NCBI GenBank assembly: GCA_002269645.1
Contig: NIVC01001011.1
Coordinates: forward strand, 1 to 64,000
Length of the DNA stretch: 64,000 nt
Origin: Macrostomum lignano
Lineage: Eukaryota
Reading direction: 5' to 3'
The stretch's first letter is position 1. Every line of letters begins with the position of its first letter. The notes under the pieces were generated by a model. The model worked only from the letters and a program-made list of their open reading frames with translations. It did no database searches and was not told the DNA's origin. Positions 60,464-64,000 of this stretch are shown here, piece after piece. The position numbers and the translations under genes are program-made.

Positions 60464-62747
60464 CATACATGCGCAACTTCTGAAATTATGCTGGCCGTGC
60501 GACTTAGTTTTCGATAAAAAATGCGACTTACCTATGAAAGAGCCAAGCAAAAACTTTAGGTAAACGGCAGGAGTAACTATGACCATATTTTTAAAGCTAA
60601 ATGCCTCGCCAGCTAATTAGTGCTGCGTGCAGATTCCGCGTTTTTATAACAGCTAATCAGTATGTCATCTAGTGGCGGCATGAAGCAATTAGTAAATTGT
60701 CAGTACAGTGTAGTGAGCATACTACAAAAGTCATGATTCATGAATGTCCAGAAGTAAGTGAAGTGAATACAGTGTGACCTATAGCTCAAGAACGATTTGC
60801 TAGACGATTTGGCATGGAAGCTGAGAGCCCTGATTCAGATGGCTCATCAGATGCAGAATACGAATCCAGTAGAGATACAAGCTGTGAAAACCCACAGATT
60901 TTTAAACCACTGAATTCTAATTCCCGGAACTATTTTTGCACAGATTCAAATTTGAAGTCATGCTCAAACAAAAACTTGTTAACAGTTAGGAAAAAGGCAA
61001 AGATGGGAGTAATGCATGTTAAACTAAGATTTGAGCCTTTGCAAATTCTCTCCAATCCTCAATCTTCTCATCCTCTTTTTCTTTTCTCTCTCATCCCTTA
61101 TCCCTTCTCTCTTTCCTCTCCTCTCTCCTCTCTTTCCTCTCCTCTCCTATCTCTTCTGTCTCCTCTCTACATTCTTATCTCTCCTCTCGTCTCTCTCCAT
61201 TCCACTCTACTCTCTCATCTTATCTTCCCTCTCGTCTCTCTCCACTCTACTCTCTCATCTTCTCTTCCCTCTCGTCTCTCTCCACTCTACTCTCTCATCT
61301 TCTCTTCCCTCTCGTCTCTCTCCACTCTACTCTCTCATCTTCTCTTCCCTCTCGTCTCTCTCCACTCTACTCTCTCATCTTCTCTTCCCTCTCGTCTCTC
61401 TCCACTCTACTCTCTCATCTTCTCTTCCCTCTCGTCTCTCTCCACTCTACTCTCTCATCTTCTCTTCCCTCTCGTCTCTCTCCACTCTACTCTCTCATCT
61501 TCTCTTCCCTCTCGTCTCTCTCCACTCTACTCTCTCATCTTATCTCTCCTCTCTTTTCTACTCTCTCATCTCTCCTCTCTTCACTCTCCTCTCATCTCCT
61601 CTTTATCCTCTCTTCTCTCATCTACTCTCTCCTCTTTCCTCTTTCCTCTCTTCTGATCTCATCCATCATCTTTTCTTTCCTCTTTCCTCTAATCTCCTCT
61701 TTTCTCTCATCTCTTTTTCCTCCCTCAGCTTTTCTCTCCTCTTCTATCTTTTCTCCCATCGCATCGCTCGCCTCTCTGTTTGCTTATCTCTAATCTTCTA
61801 TTCCCTCTACTTTGAAGTAAGAAAATATGCACATATTTTTGCTGAAGATAAGAGGAGAGAAGAGGGCATTGAGGAGAAAGGGTAGAGAGAAAGGGGGAGA
61901 AGAGAGGAGAGTAAAAATGAGAGGAGAGAGAAGAGGGAAAAGGGGGGAGAGAGAGAAGAGGGGAGGCAAGGTAGAGAAGAAGAGAGAGATGAGAGTTGAA
62001 GAGACACCAACCTTGCTAGTTAGGAAGTTTCAAAGAACCCGAGGGGCGAGGGCCAGGCCAGATAGAGGGGCTTCGCGAGCCGGAGTTTGCCAACCCCTGC
62101 TCCAGAGTTTAAGAAATCAATGGGAAACTGTTGACGCGGGCTTCTGATTTCAAAGATCTTGTCTGTGGTTGAAGGCTTCTATTCTGTTTTTGCTCTCCTG
62201 CCACACTTGCACCTCCCCCTGATTGCCTCTGATTGTGACTTACTTCCCTCTTATTGCGACTTACCTAATCCTTTTTGTGACTTACCTAATCCTTTTGCGA
62301 CTTACCTAACCCTTTTGCGACTTACCTAATCCTTTTGCGACTTACCTGATTCTTTTTGCGACTTACCTAATCCTTTTTGCGACTTACCTAATCCTTTTTG
62401 CGACTTACCTAATCCTTTTGCGACTTAGCTGATCCTTTTGCGACTTACCTAATCCTTTTTGCGACTTACCTAACCCTTTTGCGACTTACCTGATTCCTGT
62501 TGCGACTTACCTGATCCTTTTTGCGACTTACCTGATTATTTTTACAACTTAGTTTGCTTCTTTTGCGAATTGTTTTTCTTTTGCTTCACCATTTTCCCTG
62601 AACTGCTCTTTCTTTTGCTTTCCTCTTGCCTTTCTTGGTTCTTGTGTTTTTCTGTTTTTGGTTGACTCAATTTTGCGACTTACCCCTGGTCAGCCACAAT
62701 TTACGGTGGCCGGATCGGCCAGGTCGGCCAGCAGTTGCGCATGTATG
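60464..62747 (+). mobile_element. 2.3-kb non-autonomous DNA transposon, copy B, nested in the maT catalytic domain
   Basis: TIR CATACATGCGCAACT and perfect TSD ATGCTGAC (60456-63; 62748-55). Near-identical (by eye) to the reverse complement of 23425-25816. Confidence 0.93.
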
Positions 62748-64000
62748 ATGCTGACCTTCCTATCAAAGTATTTTGCAAGTTATTGGCCAAAAGACTTCTG
62801 GCCACCTTTGTCACTAGATCTTAATCCACTAGATTATTATTTCTAGGTGCAAATGGAGTGTGAGCTATGTCGCATATCTCACCACAATCTCAAGTTGTTT
62901 CACACCTCCATCTCAAAAGCATGTGATAAAATCCCATCAGCTGAAGTGCAAAAAGCTGTTGGTAGATTTCAAGCTAGGCTGTAGAAAATTGTAGAAGTAG
63001 ATGGCAGTTACGTTAAATAAATTTGTTCCTGATAGTGTTGATCATTTACCCAATGCATTTTTGCTCTGCACTTTTGCTTGTTTGAATCAAGTCAAAATAT
63101 ACTCAGTACTAGAAAGTGTGACGTTTCAATGGATCCACCTTGTATCTATCACTCTAGCTACTGCTCCATTTACTTCTCTATAAACTGCTCTATCTAGTGC
63201 TCAGAGGCACTGTGTTCTAGTACCAATTCAAACTCAATGTCATAAGAAAATAAAATAAAATAATATCACAAAGCATACTAGAAGCAAACCATATTATCAT
63301 ACTGACATTTGATATACATCAAGTTATTAGCAAGCTCAATTTTAAATAATCATTGTTTTTCTTTCTACTATTATCATAGTATACATTTAACAAGTTATAA
63401 TATTAGCATTAATAGATAAACTAGTATAAATATGCCTACTAGATACTAATTAGGCTTAATTTCAAATCTCAATTGAATCTCAATTATCTCAAAAGTAATA
63501 GATCTCAAGTCTAAAAAATCTCAACAATTTGATATTGTCTGACCCTAATACTTATGTCTATAGTTATAGTCATATACAAATGGTCATTTCTATCTGTTCT
63601 TAGGGCATATATGCAAATCTTACATGCAAGTTAAATCTGTAAAAAACTAAGAAATCATTTTATAGTTTGTTTTTTTGAGCTAAATAAAAAATTGAGATTT
63701 AATATTATCAACAAATATTTTTGTTATATTCGTAACCATATCTTTTCCAAAACCCTATGTATATAAGCCTATATATGAGCCTATTTCACCACAAATAAAA
63801 CAGACCTTCTCCCATTTTGCAAACTCTTGCTTATGTTCTCAGATAAAAACTACTTAAAAATATAGAATTCTTAAATAAGTTATTCAATTTGGAGTCACTA
63901 GACTGAATAAGATTTGCAGTGCTAAGTGCTATTATAGGCCTATAGTTATATCCTATATACTAAAAATACTAGGTCTATTTTCAAATATAGGATTATAGTT

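Larger units (their letters stand above)
58804..63142 (+). mobile_element. Decayed Tc1/mariner DD37D (maT-type) transposon, ~1289 bp once two nested insertions are removed
   Basis: TA TSDs (58802-3; 63143-4) and ~31-bp TIRs (T/C)AAGGTGGATCC(G/A)TTGAAA(T/C)GTCACACTTTC. Relic motifs ASVMVLGVISSG, F*QDGAPAHT, WPPLSLDLNPLDY, with 37 residues between D2 and D3 after rejoining. Confidence 0.92.

Noticed and set aside
60655-60685. CTCF-like motif (GCCACTAGATGAC on the minus strand) inside the 2.3-kb element
   Set aside because: Imperfect short match, and CTCF is reported absent from flatworms, the inferred host group.

Overview
Intron-containing animal genomic DNA with no prokaryotic features and no CRISPR array. 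GC-rich poly-Q/P/A exons, short AT-rich introns and very dense intronic mini/microsatellites suggest a free-living flatworm such as Macrostomum; the species is an inference. Gene models were built by hand from splice sites and reading-frame phase. (+) Two tandem CLCA-like genes (67-3005 partial; 4637-8489), both lacking the HExxH zinc motif and both frameshifted in this sequence. (+) An orphan ~897-aa low-complexity, Cys-rich gene (9580-12828). (-) Four co-oriented conserved genes: PASK (47480-39407), RGS12/loco (36168-27754), GRASP55/65 (26419-19316) and RIB43A/RIBC (17581-14443). (+) An unrecognised 108-aa secreted 6-Cys protein gene (53643-54373) with a decayed paralog, inside a duplicated and partly inverted block. 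Mobile DNA: a ~1.29-kb DD37D (maT) Tc1/mariner relic split by two nested 8-bp-TSD elements (58804-63142), a second inverted copy of one of these in GRASP intron 1, several other 8-bp-TSD MITEs (some carrying satellites) and an RTE-like LINE relic. Best leads: protease-dead CLCAs that also seem to lack the autocleavage loop, the small secreted-protein locus, and a possible SL-trans-spliced four-gene operon.
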